From: a virus
Reading direction: 5' to 3' (one strand)
DNA: 64,000 nt
IMG/VR virus record: IMGVR_UViG_3300033150_001569
Location: 32,001 to 96,000 of that record
A program made the translations under genes and the position numbers. Positions 17,641 to 27,168 of this stretch are shown here, in pieces. The first letter of the stretch is position 1. The number at the start of each line of letters is the position of its first letter. The notes beneath the pieces were generated by a model, which did not search any database, was not told the DNA's origin, and saw nothing but the letters and a program-made list of their open reading frames with translations.

Positions 17641-19764
17641 ATGAAGATGAATATAAAATTTAATTTTGATGTAAAAATAAATAAATTTTTTTCTCTTGAA
17701 ACAGATGGTGAAAAAATTGAAGGTGTTCCAAAAAATTCTTGGATCATAGAAGGATATGCAGCTACATCACATTATGATACTCAAGGCGATATAATAAAAC
17801 CTGATGCGTTAAAAGAAGTTGAATCTAGTTTATTACAAAATTCTACTGTTTTATATAATCATGATCCTGATGAAGAAATTGGTAAAATTGTTCATAGTGA
17901 ATTTACTAATAAAGGATTGTTAGTAAAAGTAATGATTAGCAAAACAAGAGAAGATATTTGGACTAAAATAAAAGAAGGAGTTCTTAATAAATTTTCTATT
18001 GCTGGTATTTGTTTGGAATCAAAAGAGGAATATATAGAAGAATTAAGAAATTTTGTACATGTTATATATAAATTAAGAATTGATGAAGTTTCTATAGTTC
18101 CTATTCCAGCAAATCCTAAAGCAGAAGCAATTGCATGGTATATTTCTAAAGCAATTGATGAATATAGAAATAATTTACAAACTAAAGAAATAAGAATTGA
18201 TGATGCTCCTTCATTTAAAGTAACAAAATCATATGAAGATGAAAATGATAATAATTTTTATATTGAAGGATTTGCTTCAACTACAGATATTGATAAAGAT
18301 GATGAAATGTTTAGTGCTAGTGCAATGATTGGTATAAGGGATGGATTAATAAAAAATCCAACTGTATTTTATAACCATGATACTAATTATCCTATTGGAG
18401 CAGTAAAACAAGCAGAAATAAAAGAAAAAGATGGAAAATATGGTGTTTGGGTAAAAATATTAATAAGTAAAACAGAAGAAACTATTATTACTAAAATAAA
18501 AGAAGGTATTTTAACAGGTCTTTCTATTGGTGGTAAAGCAGTTGCAGCTTTTCAAGAATTTAGTGAAAAAATAGGTCGTGCAATTGATATAGTTACTAGA
18601 TTTTTATGTTATGAGGTATCATTAGTTGGTATTCCTTCAAATGATAATGCAAGAGCATTAGATTATTATATTTCTAAAGCATTTAAAATAAATAAAAAAT
18701 ATAATAAAGATGATAAAAAAATTAATAAAATAGAAAAAACATTATCAAATATGTTACAAAATTATATTTTATATAATTTAAATAGTGAAAATAAAAATGA
18801 AAGATTAACTGCACAATCACAAGCAATAGAATCTATTAATGGTATTATAGAATATTTAAATCAAGCTGCTGAAATTAATGAAGAAAATTTACTTCCTTAT
18901 CCATATCCAGAAGCAGTTCCTAATAAAATTTCGTTATCAATATCTGAAATAACGTCTTCATTAATTGGATTTTTAATTAATTATGATCAAGTTGTTCCAC
19001 AAGGATTATCAGCTAGATTAAAAAGAGATTTATATTCTTTAACTGAAAAAATAAATGAATTAAAAGATCCATCATTATCAGATGGTGATGATATTATTGA
19101 TTTTAAAAATTTAAATTTCAAAAATTTAATAGAAAAATCAAAAAGTTATAAACCTAAAAAAGATGAAATTGATAGTGAATTACATACAGTTAAAGTAAAA
19201 GTTGATGAAAGTGAAAAAGAAGAATTAATTAATTTAATTAATAAAGCTAAAGATAATCTTGAAAAAGAAATTCATGAAAAATTAAATAAAAATAATAATT
19301 CAGTTAGAGAAGATTTATTAGAACAAATTAAAAATTTAAAATTAGAATTAAAAGATTTAAATAAAGAATTTAAAGAAGTTATGAATTATTCTGATGAAAA
19401 TCTTAGAAAGAAATCTGTGGAAATAGATGAAAAGATTGAGAAAAATCAAAATAATTTTATAGAAACATTAACAAAAATCAATTCTAAAATAGAAAAATTC
19501 TCTACTGATATAGAAAATAAGTTCAAAGATATAGATAATCATTCTCATAAAGAATTTAAATCATTAGAAGATAATATTAATTCATTTAAAGAAGATAATA
19601 ATAAATTAGATGATCGTATAAAAGAATTAGAGAATGATGGTGGGTTTTCAAAAAGTATAGATGGTCAAGAAATTAAGAAAAAAATAAATCAAGAAAAAAA
19701 TCAAGAATTGAATTGGTTTGAACAATCTGTTTTAAGTAATTCAAATAAAGTAAGTTCTGAGTAA
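17641..19764 (+). CDS. prohead protease with two tandem HK97-type protease domains and a C-terminal coiled-coil scaffold
   Basis: Domain 1: IEGYAAT..D..GD, LYNHD, FSIAG, EVSIVPIPANP. Domain 2: IEGFAST..D..DE, FYNHD, LSIGG, EVSLVGIPSN. Confidence 0.9.
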   Translation: MKMNIKFNFDVKINKFFSLETDGEKIEGVPKNSWIIEGYAATSHYDTQGDIIKPDALKEVESSLLQNSTVLYNHDPDEEIGKIVHSEFTNKGLLVKVMISKTREDIWTKIKEGVLNKFSIAGICLESKEEYIEELRNFVHVIYKLRIDEVSIVPIPANPKAEAIAWYISKAIDEYRNNLQTKEIRIDDAPSFKVTKSYEDENDNNFYIEGFASTTDIDKDDEMFSASAMIGIRDGLIKNPTVFYNHDTNYPIGAVKQAEIKEKDGKYGVWVKILISKTEETIITKIKEGILTGLSIGGKAVAAFQEFSEKIGRAIDIVTRFLCYEVSLVGIPSNDNARALDYYISKAFKINKKYNKDDKKINKIEKTLSNMLQNYILYNLNSENKNERLTAQSQAIESINGIIEYLNQAAEINEENLLPYPYPEAVPNKISLSISEITSSLIGFLINYDQVVPQGLSARLKRDLYSLTEKINELKDPSLSDGDDIIDFKNLNFKNLIEKSKSYKPKKDEIDSELHTVKVKVDESEKEELINLINKAKDNLEKEIHEKLNKNNNSVREDLLEQIKNLKLELKDLNKEFKEVMNYSDENLRKKSVEIDEKIEKNQNNFIETLTKINSKIEKFSTDIENKFKDIDNHSHKEFKSLEDNINSFKEDNNKLDDRIKELENDGGFSKSIDGQEIKKKINQEKNQELNWFEQSVLSNSNKVSSE
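19479..19505 (+). promoter_or_regulatory. putative late promoter motif, copy 3 (inside the protease gene, upstream of MCP)
   Basis: CAATTCTAAAATAGAAAAATTCTCTAC, 25/27 identical to 3415-3441. Confidence 0.55.
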
Positions 19765-19768
19765 AAGT

Positions 19769-19795
19769 TTCACAATTTCCCCCACAAATTGTGAA
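19769..19795 (+). other. stem-loop in the MCP leader
   Basis: TTCACAATTT-CCCCCAC-AAATTGTGAA, perfect 10-bp stem without a long U tract. Confidence 0.6.
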
Positions 19796-19836
19796 TTTAT
19801 AGTAAATGAAAAATAAATTATTAAAGGGAGATACAA

Positions 19837-21138
19837 ATGAACGAAAAATTTAAAAAAGCTGGTAGCGTTCTTGATACTGCTGGATTAGGTGTTGGTGCAT
19901 TAAATCCAAAACAGCAAGAAGCATTTATAATGATGGTGTGGGATAAGAGTATTCTTTTAAAGATGGCTCGTCATGAGACAGTATCACAAGCTAAAACAGA
20001 AATAGAAAAAATGTGGATTGGTGAACCTGTTACTGAAGCAGTTGGAGAAGGAATTGATTCAGGTAATTTATCTAGTCCTCAGTTTTCAAAAATTGATATT
20101 TATTGTAAAAAATTGCGTAGTGCATGGTCATTGAATTATGAAGTATTGCAGGAAGCTATTAATCAGAAAAAAGTACAAAGTGATATTATGAATGCTATGA
20201 CAACTCGTATTGCATCTGATTTGGAAATGCTTTCTATTCAGGGTGATGATAGTCTTACTGGAACTAATGCAAGACAGAGATTGTTAAAAAGATGTGATGG
20301 TTTCTTGAAACAAGCTGAAGAAGCTCATATTGTTGATGTTGCTGGTGGAAATATTCATAAAAAAGTTTTTGCACAAGCATTGAGAAGTATGCCTGATCAA
20401 TATTTAGAAGATCCTCAAATGAAATTTTTCTGTTCTCCTTCAATTTATATTGATTATGCAGACTTAGTAGCTGATAGGGTATCTGGATATGGTGATGAAA
20501 CCTTGTCTGGAAAATCTCCTCTTCAAGTTTATGGTGTTCCTATTGCTCGTATTCCATTAATTCCTAGTTCTCTTCCTGTAGTTGTTTCTGGTGCTAGTGC
20601 TGGTCAGTGTGTTGGTACTGAATATCAATTGTTTATTATTACTGCTGGAAGTAATGATAAATTATTGCTTAATATTGATGCAGGTACTGATCGTACTGTT
20701 ACTTTAACTGCTGGTCAAAGAACTGCTGCTCAAATTGCTGCTGATATCAATGCTGCTCATGCTGATCTTGATGGAGTAGCAAGTGTTGTTAATGATGATG
20801 CTGGATCAAAAATTGTTTTAAAATCAAAAACTACTGGTGCAAGTTCTAGTGTTCAAATTAAAACTGTTGCTGATGATGCATATACTGAACTTGGTTTAAC
20901 AGTTGGTACTTATAGTGGTGCTGCTGCTTCTGGTACTGTATATGAAGGAAGTAAGATTCTTCTTACTAATCCACAGAATTTGATTGCTGTAATGCTTGAT
21001 AAAACTCGTATATTGAAAGAATTCATCAATAGAAATGACAGATGGGAATTTACTATTTATAATCAAGTAGATTACAAAATCGAAAATCTTGAAGCTCTCG
21101 TAATGATTAAGAATGTAAGAAAAAGAAGTTTAGTATAA
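19837..21138 (+). CDS. major capsid protein (HK97 fold) with inserted surface domain
   Basis: GALNPKQQEAFI, RIASDLEMLSIQGD, DGFLKQA, ALRSMPDQY, YGVPI, LLTNPQNL; follows the protease gene and precedes a terminator. Confidence 0.92.
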   Translation: MNEKFKKAGSVLDTAGLGVGALNPKQQEAFIMMVWDKSILLKMARHETVSQAKTEIEKMWIGEPVTEAVGEGIDSGNLSSPQFSKIDIYCKKLRSAWSLNYEVLQEAINQKKVQSDIMNAMTTRIASDLEMLSIQGDDSLTGTNARQRLLKRCDGFLKQAEEAHIVDVAGGNIHKKVFAQALRSMPDQYLEDPQMKFFCSPSIYIDYADLVADRVSGYGDETLSGKSPLQVYGVPIARIPLIPSSLPVVVSGASAGQCVGTEYQLFIITAGSNDKLLLNIDAGTDRTVTLTAGQRTAAQIAADINAAHADLDGVASVVNDDAGSKIVLKSKTTGASSSVQIKTVADDAYTELGLTVGTYSGAAASGTVYEGSKILLTNPQNLIAVMLDKTRILKEFINRNDRWEFTIYNQVDYKIENLEALVMIKNVRKRSLV

Positions 21139-21193
21139 TTTAGTCTCCCTTTTGGGGGATAATCTGTAACATAATGCAATAATGTATATAACC

Positions 21194-21230
21194 AAAAGGG
21201 GAATGATTATAAAATCATTCCCCTTTTTTT
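21194..21230 (+). terminator. intrinsic terminator after MCP
   Basis: AAAAGGGGAATGATT-ATAA-AATCATTCCCCTTTT followed by further T residues. Confidence 0.9.
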
Positions 21231-21263
21231 ATGTATGATAATAACGAATTTAAAGGAGATATT

Positions 21264-21830
21264 ATGAAGTTTGTTTTGAAAAAAGGTCAATCATATTCTA
21301 CTATTTGTCCATCTGGAACTAGATATAAATTTTATAAAGATCAAGATGGTAAATCAATTCCAGTTGAAGTTGAAAAGAAAGAAGATATTGAAAGATTAAA
21401 AGAATTAGATGAATTTGTTGCAATTTTAGGTCAAGAAAATATTAAAAAAGAATCTAAACCTATTTCAGTTGCTACAATAAAACCTATGGAAAATTCAATA
21501 GAAGCACCAAAACCAAATGGAAAAATAGAAGAAATTGAAAATGAAAAAATTGAAAATAAAGGAACAAAAACAATTGTTACAATGAAACCAGAAGAAACTC
21601 CTATGTCTATGAATGAAAATGATATAGTTGAAAAAACTGATAATAATAAAATTCATTCTAAAATAGAATTGGAAGAAGATGAAGAAAAACTTAGTCCAAA
21701 AGATATTGAGAAAAAAGAAATAAATGAAGGTAATAAAATTGCTATGAAAACTCCTACTAAAGTTAATTTTGATGAATTAAAAGACGATTTTGTTGATTTA
21801 AAAGATAACAAAAATAAGAAAGATAAATAA
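21264..21830 (+). CDS. hypothetical protein (head accessory)
   Basis: AAGGAG SD before ATG 21264; charged low-complexity C-terminus. Confidence 0.65.
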   Translation: MKFVLKKGQSYSTICPSGTRYKFYKDQDGKSIPVEVEKKEDIERLKELDEFVAILGQENIKKESKPISVATIKPMENSIEAPKPNGKIEEIENEKIENKGTKTIVTMKPEETPMSMNENDIVEKTDNNKIHSKIELEEDEEKLSPKDIEKKEINEGNKIAMKTPTKVNFDELKDDFVDLKDNKNKKDK

Positions 21831-22709
21831 ATGATTTTTGTAACTGAAAAATTTAGATATTGCAATATTCCTCAATTACAAGATGAAGGAATGGATACTG
21901 ATTTAACAGATGCACAAGTACTTAAAATTATTGAAGCAGCAAGTAAATTAATTAATAGAATGACTGATCAATGGTTTTATCCAATTGAAACAACTTTTAA
22001 ACAAATTGAAGAAGGTTGTAATATTATTACTCTTCCTAATTTAATTCCTATTATTAAATTAAATAATGTTAAAATTGATGATGATGAAATTGATTCAGAA
22101 TCATATAATTTTGATATGGTTAATTTAACTACTATTGAACAACAAAGAATAATTAAATATAAAAATTTTAATACTGAATTTGTAGGGGAATTATCTATAG
22201 ATGGTATTTTTGGTTATTTAGAAAGAAGATCTTATAATGAAACAACAACTTCAACTGCTGTTAATAGTAGCAGTACTAATGTAACAGTTGTTGATGCTAG
22301 TAAATTTAAAGTTAATGATGTATTAATTTTTGATGATGGTGTTAATGATAAATTTAAAACTATTTGTACACAAGTAGATAAATCTGGTAATAAATTATAT
22401 TTTGCAGATGTAGATGATGAGACTGAAATAGATAGTGGAGCTAAAGTATATAGATATGGTCAAGTACCTACTTTAATTAATCGTGCATGTAAAATATTAG
22501 TTTTAAGAAGTCTTTTTGAATTAGCTAGTGAAAATTTAGAAGAACAAGATTTAGCTAATAGATTAATTTCTGAAACAACTGATAGATATTCTTATAGATT
22601 ATCACCTAATGGTTCTGGAGAAGGTGGTGCAAATTATAGTACTGGAATAACTGAAGTTGATAGAATATTAACTCAATTTACACCACCACCATTAGTGAAA
22701 GGAATATAA
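21831..22709 (+). CDS. head-tail connector/adaptor
   Basis: YC...L..EG, IEAASKLINRMTDQWF, GIFGY, VPTLINRAC, SETTDRYSY..TGITEVDRIL; position after MCP. Confidence 0.7.
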   Translation: MIFVTEKFRYCNIPQLQDEGMDTDLTDAQVLKIIEAASKLINRMTDQWFYPIETTFKQIEEGCNIITLPNLIPIIKLNNVKIDDDEIDSESYNFDMVNLTTIEQQRIIKYKNFNTEFVGELSIDGIFGYLERRSYNETTTSTAVNSSSTNVTVVDASKFKVNDVLIFDDGVNDKFKTICTQVDKSGNKLYFADVDDETEIDSGAKVYRYGQVPTLINRACKILVLRSLFELASENLEEQDLANRLISETTDRYSYRLSPNGSGEGGANYSTGITEVDRILTQFTPPPLVKGI

Positions 22710-22710
22710 A

Positions 22711-23085
22711 ATGAATTTTGATTCAAATGTAAATTATAATAAATGGGAAGGTAATGAAGAAGAAGTAGTATTAACACTTAATGGAAGTAAGCAAAATATT
22801 AAAGGTCAATGTTTAGATTATAATAATTTAATAATATATTTAGATTATGCAAAAAATAGTGAAACAAGCATAGATATTAAATTATTTATTAAACCAGATA
22901 ATAATGATAGTAGAAGATATGAACATCCAGTTAGTAAAAATATAACAACAGATGGATTATATAGATTAGAATGGGAAATTGCAAATGAAGAAAGAAATTT
23001 TGATTTAGAAGTTAAAGGAAATGGTGGAACTGGTGGAACATTAAAAGCTCGTTATTTAATGACTAATAAATATATTCATCAGTAA
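22711..23085 (+). CDS. hypothetical virion protein (beta-rich)
   Basis: 124-aa ORF in the neck cluster. Confidence 0.6.
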   Translation: MNFDSNVNYNKWEGNEEEVVLTLNGSKQNIKGQCLDYNNLIIYLDYAKNSETSIDIKLFIKPDNNDSRRYEHPVSKNITTDGLYRLEWEIANEERNFDLEVKGNGGTGGTLKARYLMTNKYIHQ

Positions 23086-23100
23086 AAATAAAGATATAAA

Positions 23101-23526
23101 ATGACATATCCTAGACGTTATAATCCTGTGGAGATAAAAATAAAACAATTATCTCTAACTAAACCTAATATAGATCCTGATTTTCATGAACCTGTATCTG
23201 GAAAAGTTTATTCATCTCCTATTACAATTGAAGGACAAATTTTTTATATTTTTACAGAAGATAGAGATGGAATAACTACTGTTGGTGATAGAGAAGAAAC
23301 AGAAGGATATTTTGTAATTCGTAGAAAATATTTAATTGATAATAGTATTTTAAATCCTATCAATGAAGAACTTACTATTAAAAAAGGAGATATAGTTGTA
23401 GAAATAGCAAAAAGAATAGTATTTTATAAAATAATTAGAATAGATCCACATGGACATTTAAGAGGTAAGTCAAATACATATCATTTTTATTTTGAAGAAG
23501 TTAAAGAAGAAAGAGGAAGTGTTTAA
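23101..23526 (+). CDS. head closure/stopper-like protein
   Basis: DPDFHEP, GYFVIR, IKKGD..YKII pattern; size and position. Confidence 0.55.
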   Translation: MTYPRRYNPVEIKIKQLSLTKPNIDPDFHEPVSGKVYSSPITIEGQIFYIFTEDRDGITTVGDREETEGYFVIRRKYLIDNSILNPINEELTIKKGDIVVEIAKRIVFYKIIRIDPHGHLRGKSNTYHFYFEEVKEERGSV

Positions 23527-23566
23527 ATATTTAAAAATAAATTTTAATTTTAAAAAAGGAGAAAAA

Positions 23567-25510
23567 ATGAAAAAATTAATTTTTGGATTAATGTTTAGTA
23601 TTTGCCTTATTTTTATTGCAAATACTGCATTAGCAACACCATTTTACACAAAAGGTACAAGAGAAATTTACACAATTTTTGACGAATTTGATGAAGTAAG
23701 AAGTAATTTAGAAACAGCTTTTGAAAATGTTAATAGTAATTTAGGAGCAGGACTTGCACTTAAAGAAGATATAGCAAATAAAGATCAACCAGATGGTTAT
23801 GCTGGCCTTGATTCAAGTGGTTATTTAAAGATTGCAGAACTTCCTGATGGATTTGGAAATGCTTATTATGTTAGAGATGATCAAGCAAATATGAATGCTA
23901 TTTCACTTCCAGTTGAAGGAAATATGTGTTTAGTATTAGATGATGGTGATGGAAAAAGAGCTGCGTATGTTTATCGTGGTGCTCCTACAAATTCATGGCA
24001 AAAAATATCAGATCCTGATTTTATCAATTTAGACTTAGATGCAGGAAATATTACAACTGGAACTTTAGATCTTGATAGACTTCCTTCTACTTTAACAGGA
24101 AAAGATGCTGATACAGTTGATGGAATTGAAGGTGCAGAAATTTTCAAACATGATGGTACCGTAGTAATGACAGGTGATTTAGAAATGAATGATTATAGTA
24201 TAAATAATGTAAATGCTACTTCAATTAATTTTACTTCAGGTAAAAAGATAGTAGCTGCTAAATTTGATTCTAGTGGGAATATTGAAGCTGAAACATTGGG
24301 AACAAAAAATATAAATACTATTGAAAGCGAAAGAGCTGCTGAAATTTTACAAGCAACACAAAGTAGAATATTTAAATTAGATTCTGTTAATGGAACTACT
24401 GCTGCATTAGGAGCAGATGGTTATTCAATACCATTTTCAAATATTAGCGAATTAATGACAGCTATTGAAACTGATATTCAAACAAGAATAACAGGTTCAG
24501 AAACTAGAAGTGATTGTAAATATCTTGTAGATATTGCTCCTGGTGTTTATACTGAAGATTTTGATATTCCAGCTTGTGCATTTTTACAAATTAATATGCC
24601 AGGTTCAGAATTAAGTGGTAATATTAATAGAACTGTTACACAAACAGGATTTGGTGGAGATTATTATTCAAAAATTGTTTTTAATGGTGGAGAAAGTCAT
24701 AGAGCAGAAAAAGGACATCAATCAATACTTTCTGGAGATTTATCAATATCAACTGCTGATGCTTCTAGTTATTTACATTATACTACTTTTAAAGGAATAG
24801 AATTATCAGGAGATATAACAGTTAATCATGGTGTAGATTTGATGATATTTGATCATTCAAGTCATTATACAAGTGGTAAAACTATTCTTGGAACTGGTGC
24901 AATATTGTTAGAAATGTTAAATAGATCAAGGATAAAAGCTACTTTAAGTGGTGATGTTGCTTGTTATAATTGTTTTGATAGCGAATTAAATAGTGTTAAT
25001 GTTACTCCAACTAATGATTCTAAATTTTATAATATGGAATTTAGTGGTAGTTTTACTATTGCTGCTGGTAATATTTATGTTGATGCTGTATCTCATAAAA
25101 GTTTAATGTCACAAACTCCTACTTTAACTGGTGCAACATTACAATATTTTGAAAGTGCTAGTAATATTGAAAATGATTCTGGTGTTAGTGGTACATTTGT
25201 AAAAGATGCATTAAATACATTAGATGGAAATTTTTCTAGTTATCTTAATCTTGCAGGTTCTGGAGTTATGACAGGTGATATTGATGCAGGTGGAAATTCT
25301 CTTACTAATGTTAATTTAGTAGATGGTATTGATGTTTCAGCTTCAGATGCAAAACAACAATCAGGTACTTCTAAACCTACTTGTGATGCATCTGTTAGAG
25401 GTTATATATATGTAACCGAAGGTGGTTCAAGTGTTGCTGATGCTGCTGAAATTTGTGTTAAAAATAGTTCTGATGTTTATGGATGGATTTCTATAGCAAC
25501 TATTCCTTAA
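23567..25510 (+). CDS. fibre-like virion protein with Sec signal peptide
   Basis: AAGGAG SD; MKKLIFGLMFSICLIFIANTALA; NKDQPDGYAGLD, DADTVDG and GxMTGD fibre motifs; C-terminal PTCDASVRG..C..YGW. Confidence 0.7.
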   Translation: MKKLIFGLMFSICLIFIANTALATPFYTKGTREIYTIFDEFDEVRSNLETAFENVNSNLGAGLALKEDIANKDQPDGYAGLDSSGYLKIAELPDGFGNAYYVRDDQANMNAISLPVEGNMCLVLDDGDGKRAAYVYRGAPTNSWQKISDPDFINLDLDAGNITTGTLDLDRLPSTLTGKDADTVDGIEGAEIFKHDGTVVMTGDLEMNDYSINNVNATSINFTSGKKIVAAKFDSSGNIEAETLGTKNINTIESERAAEILQATQSRIFKLDSVNGTTAALGADGYSIPFSNISELMTAIETDIQTRITGSETRSDCKYLVDIAPGVYTEDFDIPACAFLQINMPGSELSGNINRTVTQTGFGGDYYSKIVFNGGESHRAEKGHQSILSGDLSISTADASSYLHYTTFKGIELSGDITVNHGVDLMIFDHSSHYTSGKTILGTGAILLEMLNRSRIKATLSGDVACYNCFDSELNSVNVTPTNDSKFYNMEFSGSFTIAAGNIYVDAVSHKSLMSQTPTLTGATLQYFESASNIENDSGVSGTFVKDALNTLDGNFSSYLNLAGSGVMTGDIDAGGNSLTNVNLVDGIDVSASDAKQQSGTSKPTCDASVRGYIYVTEGGSSVADAAEICVKNSSDVYGWISIATIP

Positions 25511-25528
25511 CATTCAATTTTATATTTA

Positions 25529-25563
25529 TAGATGGTAGATTAATTTCTACCCTCTTTTTTTTT
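25529..25563 (+). terminator. intrinsic terminator
   Basis: AGATGGTAGA-loop-TCTACCCTCT followed by a long T run. Confidence 0.65.
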
Positions 25564-25580
25564 AAATTAGGAGTTTAAAA

Positions 25581-27167
25581 ATTAATATTCAACCTTATTA
25601 TCAAAAACCAGATAGACAAATTTATACTATTCATGAAGAATTTGATCAAGAAAGAAATGAATTAGAAGAAGCATTTCAAGAAGTTTATGAAGATATTTCT
25701 AGTGGAAGAGGATCAATTGATTTAGTTCCTGATATATTAGATGAAGATAACTTACCTGAAGCTGATATTATTTTAACTGATTCAAATTCTAATGCACTGG
25801 CAAATACTATTAGTTCTGCAAATGATTATGATGTCATATTAATTGATGTTGATGCAATATATGATCCTATTGTTATTAATAAACCAATAACAATATTAGT
25901 ATCAAGTGATAAAACAGTAAAAATAAATGCAACTGGAAGTACTTATGGTATTTCTTTTACTGATGGAACAAAAAATGTTTTAATTTATGGTATTGAAGTT
26001 TATGGACAACAAGGTTCAAATACTCCTGGTGCTACTGATAATGCAGGAGGAATATGTTTACAATCTCCTGCTCTAGTTCAAAATATTGTTTTATATAAAT
26101 GTTATGTTCATGATTGTGATGAAGCAGGAATTCAATTTCAAAGAACAGCATTAGTAACAAGTTCTCCTAGTAGTGAAGAAGATTTATGTAGAAATATATG
26201 GATAATAGAATGTACTATTGATAATTGTTCTAGAGTTGATAATTCTGAAAATGGTGGAATTGTTTTTTATGATGCAAGAGATGTATATATAATTGGAAAC
26301 AATTCTTATAATAATTTACGTGGAATATTATGTAGTAATACAATTAAAGCTATTATTAAAGGAAATTTAACTAAAAATAGTAAACAATGTGGAATTAAAT
26401 TTGATACTGTTGTTTCAGCACAATTTCCTAGATCACATGGTTTAATTGCAGATAATCTTTCAATTGAAGATTGTACTATTGTATATGGTGCTGGTATTAG
26501 AATTGATGATTTATCTAGTGTAAGTGTTATAAATAATGTTGTATATAAAAGTTATAATGATGGTATTTTAATAGAAGACAATTCTGATTCATCATTTGTT
26601 GTTAATAATATTATTATGGATTGTAATGCAAATGGTATAAAAATAGAAGATAGTATAGATCGTATTTTAGTTTTAAATAATAATAGTTATAATAATGGAA
26701 CAGATTATGATTTAGGAATTAATACTCCTAATTCTATAACTAATATTTCATGTAATCCATATTTTGAAGATGTTTCAAATGAAAATTTTGCATTAAAACA
26801 GAAATCACCATGTTTATTTTCTGGTTTTAATATGACAAAAATGGGAAATTTAACTTTAGAAAGAACATTAAAAAATATTTTTAATAATATATTAGTAAGA
26901 AATACTTTAGATCATTTATGTAGTTTAAGATTAATATTATTTCCACAAACAGAAAGAAATGGAACAATTAATGTTTCTTCTGTTACTTATGTTGATATTT
27001 ATTTTAGATATCCATTTCCAAATAATGATTATCGAGTATTTCTTACTCCAAATGATAATATTAATTTTTGGGTTACAAATAAAACAAAAGATGGATTTAA
27101 AATAAATTTTTCATCTAGTTTTTCTGGTGATGTTGATTGGTTTGTTAAATCATTAGGATTATCATAA
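25581..27167 (+). CDS. right-handed parallel beta-helix (pectate-lyase/tailspike-like) protein, 528 aa, ATT start
   Basis: Frame is open from ATT 25581 (after AGGAG) with no ATG/GTG/TTG for 345 codons; GI-x-x/N-x-x-x-x-N beta-helix repeats; C-terminal H-type-lectin-like segment. Confidence 0.8.
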   Translation: MNIQPYYQKPDRQIYTIHEEFDQERNELEEAFQEVYEDISSGRGSIDLVPDILDEDNLPEADIILTDSNSNALANTISSANDYDVILIDVDAIYDPIVINKPITILVSSDKTVKINATGSTYGISFTDGTKNVLIYGIEVYGQQGSNTPGATDNAGGICLQSPALVQNIVLYKCYVHDCDEAGIQFQRTALVTSSPSSEEDLCRNIWIIECTIDNCSRVDNSENGGIVFYDARDVYIIGNNSYNNLRGILCSNTIKAIIKGNLTKNSKQCGIKFDTVVSAQFPRSHGLIADNLSIEDCTIVYGAGIRIDDLSSVSVINNVVYKSYNDGILIEDNSDSSFVVNNIIMDCNANGIKIEDSIDRILVLNNNSYNNGTDYDLGINTPNSITNISCNPYFEDVSNENFALKQKSPCLFSGFNMTKMGNLTLERTLKNIFNNILVRNTLDHLCSLRLILFPQTERNGTINVSSVTYVDIYFRYPFPNNDYRVFLTPNDNINFWVTNKTKDGFKINFSSSFSGDVDWFVKSLGLS

Positions 27168-27168
27168 T

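Noticed and set aside
21653-21666. Sixth copy of the late motif (TCATTCTAAAATAG)
   Set aside because: The left arm is degenerate, it lies in coding sequence and no -10-like hexamer follows at 16-17 nt; not listed as a feature.
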